IMG/VR virus record: IMGVR_UViG_3300043756_000033
Span: 1-42,653 of that record
Length of the DNA: 42,653 bases
Direction: 5' to 3' (one strand)
Origin: a virus
Lineage: Duplodnaviria > Caudoviricetes
Below are positions 1 to 9,034 of the stretch, piece by piece. The position numbers were made by a program, and so were the translations under genes. The stretch's first letter is position 1. Each line of letters starts with the position of its first letter. The notes under the pieces are model-generated. The model saw nothing but the letters and a program-made list of their open reading frames with translations. It searched no databases and was not told the DNA's origin.

Positions 1-261
1 TTATTCGGGCTTTCCGAATTGCCGCTTTACTTGCTTCGGTACAGGGAAAGTCTTGACAACCTTCCGCCCATCCTCGTTAATCGTGCTCCAATCCTCATGG
101 CTTAGATCGATAGAGCCGTAGGGCATCAGCCGCACCATGCTGTCGTCGTTGAGGTGATAGGCGCGCATCAGAGCCTTCCGCTTCGTGATTTCATCCGGGA
201 CCTGCTGTGCAAATGCAAGGGTCGGGATGAAAACGAGAGCATATACCACAATCCGCCTCAT
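1..261 (-). CDS. Hypothetical protein with N-terminal signal peptide
   Basis: MRRIVVYALVFIPTLAFAQQ is Sec signal-like. GTGGAG SD lies upstream of ATG 261. The stop TAA is at 1-3. Confidence 0.65.
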   Translation of the reverse strand: MRRIVVYALVFIPTLAFAQQVPDEITKRKALMRAYHLNDDSMVRLMPYGSIDLSHEDWSTINEDGRKVVKTFPVPKQVKRQFGKPE

Positions 262-310
262 ATCAAATTCTCCACTGTCAAGAGTTATGGTTGACGTGGA
301 GGTAGGATAA

Positions 311-535
311 TCAATTCGACTTGTCAAGTGTCAAGCTTCGCACCTGACTGCACTCCTCAATCACCGTAACGAACTTCCCGTCCGTGGTGTTGATCATGCA
401 GCGGACCTTGCCGGTGAAGGCGCGGTCTGGGTCGCCGGGCTCATGGGCCTCGCGCATGGTGCTGATCTGGTCGGTGTTAACGATGACGTCCCGCCCGTCC
501 ACGGTGTGGAGGACGATAAGCACCAAGAGAAGCAC
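311..535 (-). CDS. Hypothetical protein
   Basis: 74-aa ORF (GTG start) packed directly after the holin-like gene. Confidence 0.6.
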   Translation of the reverse strand: MLLLVLIVLHTVDGRDVIVNTDQISTMREAHEPGDPDRAFTGKVRCMINTTDGKFVTVIEECSQVRSLTLDKSN

Positions 536-538
536 TTG

Positions 539-706
539 TCAGTCCTTTTGTGGAACGAACCAAACGATGATCGGAAACAATGCCGCTACGATCACGCCAA
601 GGGTTTCCTCTGTCAGATGACCGAACAGGTTCTCGCCCCACACAACATCGATAATCTCGACCAGCGCGAGGATCAGCATTGTCAAGGATTTCTGCATACC
701 TGTCAT
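539..706 (-). CDS. Putative holin (55 aa, two hydrophobic segments); not in ORF track
   Basis: Hand translation: MTGMQKSLTMLILALVEIIDVVWGENLFGHLTEETLGVIVAALFPIIVWFVPQKD. Strong GGAGGT SD upstream. Confidence 0.6.
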   Translation of the reverse strand: MTGMQKSLTMLILALVEIIDVVWGENLFGHLTEETLGVIVAALFPIIVWFVPQKD

Positions 707-771
707 ATACTACCTCCGGTTGAATGCGTATATGACGTTCGTAATCCTATGACGATCATCGTATATCGTAG

Positions 772-948
772 TCAACCATTTAACTTGTCGGTGCGGATTT
801 CCCCTTGTTTTACAGGGTTTTCCGGCATCTGTTGGCGGAGTTGCGCCCCGATCTTCATCAGCAGCGGGTTCGCGATGTTCCACGGTGCCTGACTGATGCA
901 CGCCATCACCTTCTGCCATTCGTCATCGTCAAGCTGAACCGTTGGCAC
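772..948 (-). CDS. Small helical protein (58 aa); not in ORF track
   Basis: MPTVQLDDDEWQKVMACISQAPWNIANPLLMKIGAQLRQQ... The GTG start overlaps the upstream stop (TAGTG) and has a GGAGG SD. Preferred over track ORF 710..919. Confidence 0.6.
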   Translation of the reverse strand: MPTVQLDDDEWQKVMACISQAPWNIANPLLMKIGAQLRQQMPENPVKQGEIRTDKLNG

Positions 949-1556
949 TAGCGCCTCCGTCGAGCGGCAAACCTGAACCCGGCGGTGGCCGCTGCCGTAC
1001 CCGTGTTCTCGGTGACCAGTTGGAACGGGAACAGCGTCGGCACCGTGAGCGAGGCCCGGGCCATCGAACTGGACGCGGTAATCTCGACCGGGTTGCCGCC
1101 CGGGTTGCTGGCGATGGCACCCATCTTATTGCTGACGCCGGTCGGCAGCGGCTCAAGGCCGAACCACATGTAGGACAACGGTTCCTGCGCCGCGCACCAC
1201 GCGTAGCAGTCCCAGTCGCCCGGCGAGAGCACGCCTGCGCTGATGGTCATAGTGTTGCTGCCCACCGGGATAGCGAGGCCGTCAATGTTGTTCGAATAGA
1301 ACTCGCCGACCTGTCCCGGCTTGGCGTCGCTGCCGTCCACCACGCCCGCAATCGGCCCGGTCTTAACCGGCCCGCCGCTCTGCCCGAGGATGTCGTTGAC
1401 GATCTGGGTGACCATGCAGCGGAACGCCTCGACCTGACCCCAGCACTGCATCAGGTCGTTGTCGCCGCAGCCGCAGCCGCACGGGTCCGGCTGCGGTGGC
1501 GGGCAGGGTGGTAGGCAGGGATTGAAGGTCTGGGGTCTGATGATCTGGCCGCCCAT
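948..1556 (-). CDS. Tail-fibre-associated protein
   Basis: Directly after the tail fibre gene with an AGGAGG SD. Cys/Pro-rich N-terminus. GVVDGSDAKPGQVGE...LSPGDWD...ARRRR resembles phage fibre C-terminal modules. Confidence 0.6.
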   Translation of the reverse strand: MGGQIIRPQTFNPCLPPCPPPQPDPCGCGCGDNDLMQCWGQVEAFRCMVTQIVNDILGQSGGPVKTGPIAGVVDGSDAKPGQVGEFYSNNIDGLAIPVGSNTMTISAGVLSPGDWDCYAWCAAQEPLSYMWFGLEPLPTGVSNKMGAIASNPGGNPVEITASSSMARASLTVPTLFPFQLVTENTGTAAATAGFRFAARRRR

Positions 1557-1565
1557 GCGGTCCTC

Positions 1566-3914
1566 CTATTGTGTACAGAACTCGGTGACGATGCAAACAC
1601 CGTTGCCCCCGGGGCCGCCATTCGCTGAGCCGTTGGCGACGTTGGCGCAGGTGCCGCCGCTGCCGCCGCCGCCGAGGCCGCCGCTCAAGCCGTTCGCGGA
1701 CGTGCCGCTTGTGATGGCCTGCTGGCCGCCGGGGCCGAGAATGGAAGAGCCGCCCTTGCCGGATGGCATGTAGATGCTGGCGGACGCACCATTGGATGCG
1801 CCGAAGTCGCCAGCCTCGCCATTGAGCAGGATGTCGCCCACGGAGCCAGCGGTGGACTGCCAGACACCGGGTGTCGGGACTTGGCCGGGGCCGCCATAGA
1901 TGCCGGGGCCGCCGCCGACCGCATTGCAGAGTGGTCCGGTGCCGAAGGTGGTGTTGCCGCCGGTCGTCGCCGACACCGTGTTTCCCTGTCCGGCAGCGCC
2001 GCCAGCGCCGATCACAACGGCGGCGGTTGCGCCTTGCGCCAGCACCTGCGCCCGCGTCAACCAGCGTTCGCTGTAATTGCCGCTGGCTCCGCCGCCGCCC
2101 GCATAGGTCGCGGTGTTCAATGTCGAAGTCACCGCACCACCGCCGCCACCGCCGCCGCCGAGGCACTGCACCCGGCAGAACACCATGTTCGGGTCCGGCG
2201 TGTAGGTGCCGCTGCCATTGAACCGCGTCACCCGCGCGACCAGCACGGCGGCCGGGACTGCGATGTTCTGCCGGGCCTGTAGCTGCTGGCCTGCTGTCAA
2301 GCCTTGCGCTTGATCATAGCGCACCGCCGGGATGTTGGTCGAAGAGTTGGCGACGAACGCAGTGGTTGCAAGCTGCGTGGTCGCGGTGCCAACCGCCGCC
2401 GTGGGCGCGGTCGGGACACCCGTGAAAGCCGGACCAGCCAGAAGCGCGCCTCCAACTGCGCTAAGGTCGTTGCTGTTGAGGTTGACCGCACCCGTGCGTC
2501 CATTGAAAGACTGGACGCTGGCAGGCAAAGCGGCAATCGCAGCCGTGACGAACGCGGTTGTCGCCAGCAACTGGCTGGAGTTACCCGGCGCGGGGGTCGG
2601 TGCAGTCGGAGTGCCAGTGAGTGCAGGGCTGGCATTCGGCGCACCGCCCACGTCAGTCACGTCACCGAGCGTGAGGGACACGGTGCCGGAACGACCATTG
2701 AAAGACGTGACACCGCTATCGATGGCGGATATCTCCTGCATCACGAACGCGGTGGTGGCAAGTTGTCCGCTTGACGTGCCGTTCGGCGCGGTCGGGGCCT
2801 GCGGGATGCCGGTGAAGGTCGGCGACGCCAAGAGCGCGCCGTTCACGTCGGTCAGGTCCTGCGCCTGAAGCGTGACGATGCCGGTGCGGCCATTGAACGA
2901 CGCGACACCGGCCGTTGCTGCTTCGACTGCCTGCTGCACGAACGCGGTGGTGGCGATGCGGCCCGAGTTGTTGCCGAGCGGCGCGGTCGGGGCCGAGGGC
3001 TGCCCGGTGAGCACCGCATCGGCAATCGGCGCGAAGGTCTGCTCGACCCACGTCTTGGTCGCCAGCGCGCTTTCGTCGATGTTCTGCATCACCAGATTTG
3101 TGAGATGAAACAGCCGGTTGTTGACGTCATCGATCTGCTGGCCGACGAACCGAGTGGTGGCGATCCTGTCCGAGTAGTCGGACATGAGCGGCGTCGGTGC
3201 GGTCGGGGTGCCTTGGAACGCCGGGCTGATGATCGGCGCACCGCCTGCGCAGAGGATGTCCTGCGTCGTCAGCACCACGCACCCGGTGCGGCCGTTGAAG
3301 GTCGCCACCATCGGCATCGCGCTGCGGGCGCGGATGATGGCGGCGTTGACGAACGCGGTGTTCGCGATCAGGCAGCTTGCGTCGGTCGGGTCTTGAACGG
3401 TCGGGACGGTCGGATACCCGCTGAAGCCGGGGCTCTCGATGGGAGCGCCGCCCACCTCCACCACGTCCCAGAGGCAAAGCTGCACGTTGCCCTGCCGCCC
3501 GTTGAAGGTCCATACCGTGTGATCGGTCACCCATTGCAGCGTCGCCAGTTCGTTCGGGCCGTTGGGCTCCGTCTGCACGCTGATCGGGCCTTGCGCGACC
3601 AGCGAGCCGCCGAGGCTCACGGAGCCGTCATTGGCGACGTGGAAGCCGACCTGACCATCGAGCGCGAAGGACAGGCCGCCGCCGTCCGCCCAGAGCGCGG
3701 AGTGGCCAAGGTTCCACACCACCCCACCGGCAAGGTTCAGGGTCTGGAACGTCACCGGGGAGGCCGCCAGAGCCGCTAGCAGCCCGGCTGGCGTGGTCCA
3801 GCCGTAGGGACCGCCTAATCCACCCTGTTGCAGCAGGAACGCATCACCGGGGCTCGCAGCCGTGATTTCGGGGTAGCTGGCGATCTGTCGGACTTGAAGA
3901 ACGAGGTCGTCCAT
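1566..3914 (-). CDS. Tail fibre protein
   Basis: Five FNGRxGxVxL repeats alternate with SPxFTGxPTAPT...ATTAFV fibre repeats. Gly-rich C-terminal domain (GGGGGGGG...GGNGVCIVTEF). Confidence 0.85.
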   Translation of the reverse strand: MDDLVLQVRQIASYPEITAASPGDAFLLQQGGLGGPYGWTTPAGLLAALAASPVTFQTLNLAGGVVWNLGHSALWADGGGLSFALDGQVGFHVANDGSVSLGGSLVAQGPISVQTEPNGPNELATLQWVTDHTVWTFNGRQGNVQLCLWDVVEVGGAPIESPGFSGYPTVPTVQDPTDASCLIANTAFVNAAIIRARSAMPMVATFNGRTGCVVLTTQDILCAGGAPIISPAFQGTPTAPTPLMSDYSDRIATTRFVGQQIDDVNNRLFHLTNLVMQNIDESALATKTWVEQTFAPIADAVLTGQPSAPTAPLGNNSGRIATTAFVQQAVEAATAGVASFNGRTGIVTLQAQDLTDVNGALLASPTFTGIPQAPTAPNGTSSGQLATTAFVMQEISAIDSGVTSFNGRSGTVSLTLGDVTDVGGAPNASPALTGTPTAPTPAPGNSSQLLATTAFVTAAIAALPASVQSFNGRTGAVNLNSNDLSAVGGALLAGPAFTGVPTAPTAAVGTATTQLATTAFVANSSTNIPAVRYDQAQGLTAGQQLQARQNIAVPAAVLVARVTRFNGSGTYTPDPNMVFCRVQCLGGGGGGGGAVTSTLNTATYAGGGGASGNYSERWLTRAQVLAQGATAAVVIGAGGAAGQGNTVSATTGGNTTFGTGPLCNAVGGGPGIYGGPGQVPTPGVWQSTAGSVGDILLNGEAGDFGASNGASASIYMPSGKGGSSILGPGGQQAITSGTSANGLSGGLGGGGSGGTCANVANGSANGGPGGNGVCIVTEFCTQ

Positions 3915-3921
3915 GGAACCC

Positions 3922-4491
3922 TCACGCGGGCGGTACTGGGGTCTGGCTGCCGTTGAGCAGGTCCTGATACTGCTGAATGGCGCTCACCTGCGTCCGGATC
4001 AGCAGCGCCTGCGCCTGCACCACCAGCATCAGGTCCGAAGGCGCAGTGACCGGCGGCCAATCCATTTCCGGCTGCAACGGCATCGGCTGGATCAGGGTTA
4101 CCTGTACGGCGGTTGTCACCGGATTTGTGACGGGCTGGTCGGACGTGTAGACCCCCGCGCCTCCGGTCGGTCCCGACGTCTGGGTGGCGACCGTCAGCCC
4201 GGCCGGGATGTTGGCGTTGGAGAGCGTCGGCACGATGGCCGCGCCGATCTGGATCAGGCCGCTCACATTGCTGAAGGTCCAGACGTTGCCGCTCGCGGTG
4301 GCCGAGGCCTGCGCCGGGGGCAGCGGCGGCACCGGGCTCACCGCCTGCGCCGCATCGAGCACGTCCTGATAATCGTGCAGCAGGCCGAACTGCTCGCTGA
4401 TGGTCTCCGCCTGTTCGTGGACGATGCGGGTCAGTTCGTCGGTCTCTTCGACGCTGGGCCACGCGGTGGAGGCGGCGAACGGTGCGAGCAT
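3922..4491 (-). CDS. Hypothetical virion/tail protein with duplicated terminal helical motif
   Basis: ATG 4491 with GAGG SD. The N- and C-terminal segments share WP...YQD.L...Q..PVPP. Confidence 0.6.
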   Translation of the reverse strand: MLAPFAASTAWPSVEETDELTRIVHEQAETISEQFGLLHDYQDVLDAAQAVSPVPPLPPAQASATASGNVWTFSNVSGLIQIGAAIVPTLSNANIPAGLTVATQTSGPTGGAGVYTSDQPVTNPVTTAVQVTLIQPMPLQPEMDWPPVTAPSDLMLVVQAQALLIRTQVSAIQQYQDLLNGSQTPVPPA

Positions 4492-4498
4492 GGGACCC

Positions 4499-4813
4499 TC
4501 ACGATGTCTGGGCGCACAGCACCAAGCCGGTGCGCGGCCAAATGTTGCCATCGGTGTCCACTGCTGACCAGCGAAGCTGATAGTCTTTGCCCTCGACGCC
4601 GCCGGACACCGAAGCATAGCACGCCCGTCCGCGCACCGACACCGGGCCGATGGTGAAGTCGGTCGATTGGGTCGGCTGGGCAACGTGGTTCCAGATGGTC
4701 AGCGAGCCGCTTGCGATGCCCACCCCGGGCGGGATGATCGGCGAGAAGTCGTAGCCATAGTTCGACTTCTCACCCGGCGGGTGCTCCGGTGTGTAGCGTC
4801 TCGAAAGCGGCAT
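4499..4813 (-). CDS. Putative fibre-tail adaptor protein
   Basis: 104 aa with HPPGEKSNYGYDFS...SGGVEGKDYQLRW, which resembles small beta-sandwich fibre adaptors. Lies upstream of the fibre gene. Confidence 0.55.
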   Translation of the reverse strand: MPLSRRYTPEHPPGEKSNYGYDFSPIIPPGVGIASGSLTIWNHVAQPTQSTDFTIGPVSVRGRACYASVSGGVEGKDYQLRWSAVDTDGNIWPRTGLVLCAQTS

Positions 4814-4816
4814 TGG

Positions 4817-5116
4817 TCAACCCGCCAGTCGCCTCGTATCTTCGGTCCACCTTGCGCTCAGCATGCGATGCACAACGATCCCCGGCGTGCCGATCACATT
4901 TCCATCCGGGTCGGCGAGCAGCGCGTCGGGCGATGCTACCATGGTTGGATGGGCGAGTGCCACCGGCCCCCCACCAATCGGCAATGCGGACACGATGCGC
5001 TCGCGTCCGAATGGTCCTTCGCGCCCGACAAGCGTTTCACTTGCATCGATGATCTGGTGAGCATCGCTGTCGCGTAAAAGTTCGGGACGGGCGGAGAGAT
5101 GCCGTAGCTGTTCCAT
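4817..5116 (-). CDS. Hypothetical protein
   Basis: 99-aa ORF abutting the next gene; first gene of the left tail block. Confidence 0.55.
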   Translation of the reverse strand: MEQLRHLSARPELLRDSDAHQIIDASETLVGREGPFGRERIVSALPIGGGPVALAHPTMVASPDALLADPDGNVIGTPGIVVHRMLSARWTEDTRRLAG

Positions 5117-5227
5117 AGATCATATGTTAAGCCGGTCGCCCGCAAAAGAGAACAGGCCCAGTGCTGACAACACGGGCCTGTCGAGGTTTTGCGATTGCAC
5201 CCGTCCTGACCAAAGGAACAAAGGCAC

Positions 5228-6103
5228 ATGACACAAATAGACAACTTCCCGTCGTCGCGCAAGTACCGCATGTCACCGGAAGATGTTCTCAGGCTGAACA
5301 GTATCGAAGTCCTCGCCGCCTCCCGCTATTACACCACCTGCCCGCAATGCTCCGCCAAGCGAAAACCCATACATCAGCAGTTGAAGTGTCTCGGTGTCAC
5401 CCGGCCGGACCCCGACCGGGTGTTCTGGGGCTGCAATCATTGCGGCTGGACCGGCCCCGGGCGGCCCCACACCGACCGGCGTATCAATTTACCACGCCCT
5501 AAACTGCGTCCATCCGCGCCGGAAAAGCGCCCCAACCATCCGCCGACGACAACGCGAACGCTTTACAACTACGGCGAAAAGCTGCGCAAGGTGAAGGTGG
5601 TGCGGCCGGACGGCGAGAAGCTGTTCTGGTGGGAGCACCTGAAGGTCAAGGGGTCGATCTGGGACAAGGGTCCGGGGCCGTTCGACACCCAGTCCCTGCT
5701 CTACCGCATCGCGGTCGCCAAGCAGATGGCGCGGCTCTACCACCTGCCGATCTGCATCGTGGAGGGCGAGAAGGACGCCGAATGCCTGCTGCATCACGGC
5801 TTCCCGGCGACCTGCAACGCGCACGGCGCGAGCGAGCCGGGCCGGGCGTCGAAGTGGTACGAGAGCCATTCCCTGCAACTGAAGGACTGGGGCATCGCCG
5901 TGTTCAACGACGACGACCCGCAAGGGGTCGCGCACCGCGACGCCATCCTCGCGCTGTCCAAGGGCATCTGCCGCGCGATCTGCGTGGTGGACCAACGAAC
6001 ACACTTCCCGGGCTGCCACGATATAGCCGACTGGTTCAGGGCGGGCGGCGACGCCGCGACCCTGCGCGACTTCATCGAAGGCGCTCCGGTCTATGGAGCA
6101 TGA
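5228..6103 (+). CDS. DNA primase (Zn-finger + TOPRIM)
   Basis: N-terminal CPQC...CNHC zinc-binding motif. TOPRIM motifs IVEGEKDA and FNDDDPQG, and HDIADW. Confidence 0.85.
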   Translation: MTQIDNFPSSRKYRMSPEDVLRLNSIEVLAASRYYTTCPQCSAKRKPIHQQLKCLGVTRPDPDRVFWGCNHCGWTGPGRPHTDRRINLPRPKLRPSAPEKRPNHPPTTTRTLYNYGEKLRKVKVVRPDGEKLFWWEHLKVKGSIWDKGPGPFDTQSLLYRIAVAKQMARLYHLPICIVEGEKDAECLLHHGFPATCNAHGASEPGRASKWYESHSLQLKDWGIAVFNDDDPQGVAHRDAILALSKGICRAICVVDQRTHFPGCHDIADWFRAGGDAATLRDFIEGAPVYGA

Positions 6104-6106
6104 GCG

Positions 6107-7426
6107 ATGCAGAAGCGGCAACTGACATTGGTCAACCCGGATGATCCGCAGCCCAAACCAGTCCTTCCCCCGCGCGTCGATTTTGACGACTTCTACGCCC
6201 ACTCGCAGGATCACAAGTTCATCTTCCGGCCCAACGGCACGCTGTGGCCAAAGGAAACGATTGACAGGCGCTTGCCACGACGCGGCAACATCCGGCCGTC
6301 CGACTGGCTGTTCCAGCAAAGCCCGGTGGATCAGATGACGTGGGCACCGGGCGAGGACGAACTGATCTGCGACAAGGGCATCAAGGATGGCGGCTGGTAC
6401 GACCGCGCGGGCGGGCGCATCTACAACTCCTACAAGCCGCCGCGCCTTGGCCATGGCCGGGCCGCGCGCGCCAAGCGGTGGAGCGATCATGTTCACCTGC
6501 TCTACGGCGAGGAGGCCCCGCACATCATCAAGTGGTTCGCCTGTCTGGTGCAGGCACCCTACATGAAGATCAACCACGCCGTGGTGCTGGGCGGCGATCA
6601 GGGCATCGGCAAGGACACCCTGCTGGCCCCGGTCTATCACGCGGTCGGCGACTGGAACAAGCAGGTGGTGTCGCCGCAGCAGGTCATGGGCCAGTTCAAC
6701 CCGTTCCTCAAATGCGTGCTGCTGGTCATTTCCGAGGCGCACGATCTGGGCGAATTCAACCGGCCCGCGCTGTACGAGCGCATGAAGGGCATCATCTGCG
6801 CGCCGCCCGACGTGATCCGGGTCAACGAGAAGCACCGGCAGGAGCACTACATTCTCAACCGCTGCGGCGTGCTCTACACCACCAACCACAAGGTCACCGG
6901 CATCTATCTTCCGGCCGACGACCGGCGGCATTTCGTGGCGTGGTCGTCACTCGACAAGTCAAGTTTTTCAGATGACTACTGGACCGGCATCTGGCACTGG
7001 TACGAGCACGGCGGCTACGACGACGTCGCCGCCTACCTGATGGACGTGGACCTGACCGACTTCGACCCCAAGGCCCCGCCGCCGCACACCGCCGCCTTCC
7101 ACGAAATTGTCACCGCCGCGATCCCGCCCGAGGTGGGCGAACTGCTCGATGCGCTCGACCGGCTTCAGAACCCCGACGCGGTCACCGTCTCGGACATTGT
7201 AACGATGGCGGACGGCGCGTTGGGCGTGCAGATGCAGGACCGCAAGAACAGCCGCCTCATCGCCAGTTGGATGGAAATGGCGGGATATGTCAGTGTGAAG
7301 AACCCAAATGCGGCCAGAAACCTCTGGCAGGTCGGCGGCAAGCGCCAAGTTATCTATGCAAGACAATCACTTAACGGCACAGCCCGGCTCAATGCGGCCG
7401 CCGCAAAGGCTAGGGGGCGGCACTGA
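6107..7426 (+). CDS. Replicative helicase, DUF5906/NrS-1-type P-loop NTPase
   Basis: Walker A GDQGIGKD, Walker B-like LLVISE, VNEKH...YTTNH...DDRRHFV. Follows the primase. Confidence 0.85.
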   Translation: MQKRQLTLVNPDDPQPKPVLPPRVDFDDFYAHSQDHKFIFRPNGTLWPKETIDRRLPRRGNIRPSDWLFQQSPVDQMTWAPGEDELICDKGIKDGGWYDRAGGRIYNSYKPPRLGHGRAARAKRWSDHVHLLYGEEAPHIIKWFACLVQAPYMKINHAVVLGGDQGIGKDTLLAPVYHAVGDWNKQVVSPQQVMGQFNPFLKCVLLVISEAHDLGEFNRPALYERMKGIICAPPDVIRVNEKHRQEHYILNRCGVLYTTNHKVTGIYLPADDRRHFVAWSSLDKSSFSDDYWTGIWHWYEHGGYDDVAAYLMDVDLTDFDPKAPPPHTAAFHEIVTAAIPPEVGELLDALDRLQNPDAVTVSDIVTMADGALGVQMQDRKNSRLIASWMEMAGYVSVKNPNAARNLWQVGGKRQVIYARQSLNGTARLNAAAAKARGRH

Positions 7427-7528
7427 TTGTAGTGGCACCTGTAAACTGATTGTACTGACTTCTGGCTGGCAAAGCGCGTGTGGGAGAGTTTATAACCCCC
7501 AGTCCAATCAGTGCGCGGAGGGTTCCAT

Positions 7529-7795
7529 ATGAGCCGGAAAGAGGGGTTTGACGACGACGGCTACCACACCGTCGAGCGCAGTCTGGAAGCCATCACGCTG
7601 GCCGTCGAAACGCTGGCGGAGAACCTGCCGGACGCGGTGCGAAGCGACCACCCGCTGATGACCGGGGCGGTGTTCGAGGACCACGGCACCAAGATCGCCG
7701 ACGCCATCGACAGGCTCTCGGGAGCCGCCGACGCGATTGCCAAGGCCCTCGACCGTATCGCCGACGCACTGTCAAGCGCGAAACTGGACACGTAA
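7529..7795 (+). CDS. Hypothetical coiled-coil protein
   Basis: GGAGG SD upstream of ATG 7529. Repeated IADAIDRL/IAKALDRIADAL heptads. Confidence 0.6.
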   Translation: MSRKEGFDDDGYHTVERSLEAITLAVETLAENLPDAVRSDHPLMTGAVFEDHGTKIADAIDRLSGAADAIAKALDRIADALSSAKLDT

Positions 7796-7963
7796 CTTCC
7801 AGCGCCGCATCTCCTGACGATAGCGCGCCCATGCCTCCGGTGGCACGTCGCACCAGTCGCCGTGCTCGCGGATCAGGGCCTGAAGATCGGGCGGCGGGTC
7901 GCGCTCTATGTAAAGTGAAAAACTGGCCCGAGATTTGCCCGGGGAAAAACTTGGCGGGTCCAA
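7772..7963 (-). CDS. Hypothetical protein
   Basis: TTG start with GGAG SD; PPPDLQALIREHG...PPEAWARY. Confidence 0.5.
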   Translation of the reverse strand: MDPPSFSPGKSRASFSLYIERDPPPDLQALIREHGDWCDVPPEAWARYRQEMRRWKLRVQFRA

Positions 7964-8048
7964 ATCCGTTCTCCATTTTGGAAAAATATCGCATGTGGGC
8001 GGACTTGATTGTGCAGTGCAGTCCCAGAGACGTTCGCGAAGCGGGAAC

Positions 8049-8069
8049 TGTCAAGAGGTTCCCTTGTCA
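8049..8069. promoter_or_regulatory. Palindromic site TGTCAAG-N7-CTTGTCA (one of about 20 copies)
   Basis: tgtcaag aggttcc cttgtca; a second copy is at 8216-8236 (see findings). Confidence 0.6.
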
Positions 8070-8406
8070 CGATTTGTTACAACGCATGGCCTCGCGGCGA
8101 GCTATGCAAAGCGGCATGGCGAATTGTCTTGACGCGATCCCCGCCAAACCCTGTCAAGCGAAATCTTTGCGTCATGCACATATCTTTACACTTGACACAA
8201 GTCGGCCCTATCCTCTGACAAGTTTGTTACTTGACGTCGTAACCCCTTGAGCGACAAGCGAAATTCGCGACGTCCAGAGAAGGCCGCTGGTGCGTTATTT
8301 CGAGGTGCGCGCTAGGTCGATATAGGCGAAGCGGCAGGCTATCCAGCGGGCTTCTAATGCGATCTGGCGCGATAGGTCCGGATTGGTGCGGGTTGTGGGT
8401 TGATCG

Positions 8407-8601
8407 CTATTCCGGTTCGTGTGGTGGCAACGGGACGTGAACCATGCAGACTTCGGTATCATCGGAGCCGTAGCAGCCCTCGAAACGATAGAGCCAGCCG
8501 CCGTGCGGCAGACGCATGCGGAAGGTTCGTTGCTCCCAAGGTCCGGGTGTTGTGTCGCCTTCGATCTGTTCCCAGTGGTGGATGGGTGTGGGTGCGCTCA
8601 T
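8407..8601 (-). CDS. Hypothetical protein
   Basis: 64 aa, AAGGA SD, GGWLYR motif. Confidence 0.6.
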   Translation of the reverse strand: MSAPTPIHHWEQIEGDTTPGPWEQRTFRMRLPHGGWLYRFEGCYGSDDTEVCMVHVPLPPHEPE

Positions 8602-8803
8602 TGTTGGTTGTCCTTTGGTTAGGGTGAGTGCTCTTTCCGCGCGACCGGCGCTTCTCGCCTAGCACGCTGGTTTGTCCCGGCGAGGGGCTGCCAGCGATTT
8701 GATCCGGTCACTCGGAAAACACAGGCCCAAAAATTTGGGAAAAGAACAAAACGGGTCCTTGGTTACTATTTGTGCCTTAGGCACAGAACGGTACCCGGAA
8801 CAG

Positions 8804-8836
8804 AAAAGGGCGGGAGGCATTTGCAGCCCTCCCGCC
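8804..8836 (-). terminator. Intrinsic terminator
   Basis: Minus strand GGCGGGAGG-loop-CCTCCCGCC followed by CTTTT, downstream of 8873..9034. Confidence 0.65.
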
Positions 8837-8872
8837 AGTATTAGCCCGCCCCGGGGTATTTGGGAGTGCGGG

Positions 8873-9034
8873 CTATCCTTCGTGGCTATCGATGCCGATG
8901 TTGCGGTCGCAGATGATGACGATCTCGCGCAACAGGTCTTTCAGTTCGGTCTGTCGTTTGGTGGACAGGCCGTGCAGCTTGGACTTGATCACGGTCGCAC
9001 AGTGGCGGATTTCCTTGAAGTCGTCCTCTGTCAT
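8873..9034 (-). CDS. Hypothetical protein (53 aa); not in ORF track
   Basis: MTEDDFKEIRHCATVIKSKLHGLSTKRQTELKDLLREIVIICDRNIGIDSHEG; TGATG overlap with the upstream stop. Confidence 0.6.
   Translation of the reverse strand: MTEDDFKEIRHCATVIKSKLHGLSTKRQTELKDLLREIVIICDRNIGIDSHEG

Noticed and set aside
710-919. Track ORF of 69 aa
   Set aside because: The alternative frame 772..948 has an SD, a coupled start and a more protein-like sequence.
1566-3914. Repeats in the tail fibre as a possible DGR target or CRISPR-like array
   Set aside because: These are protein-level repeats with synonymous divergence. No reverse transcriptase, template repeat or spacer structure was seen.
5489-6931. Long antisense ORF (480 aa) and similar shadow ORFs (e.g. 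34929..35951, 17825..18643, 3105..3779)
   Set aside because: They lie opposite well-supported genes, are expected in high-GC3 DNA, and show no motifs.
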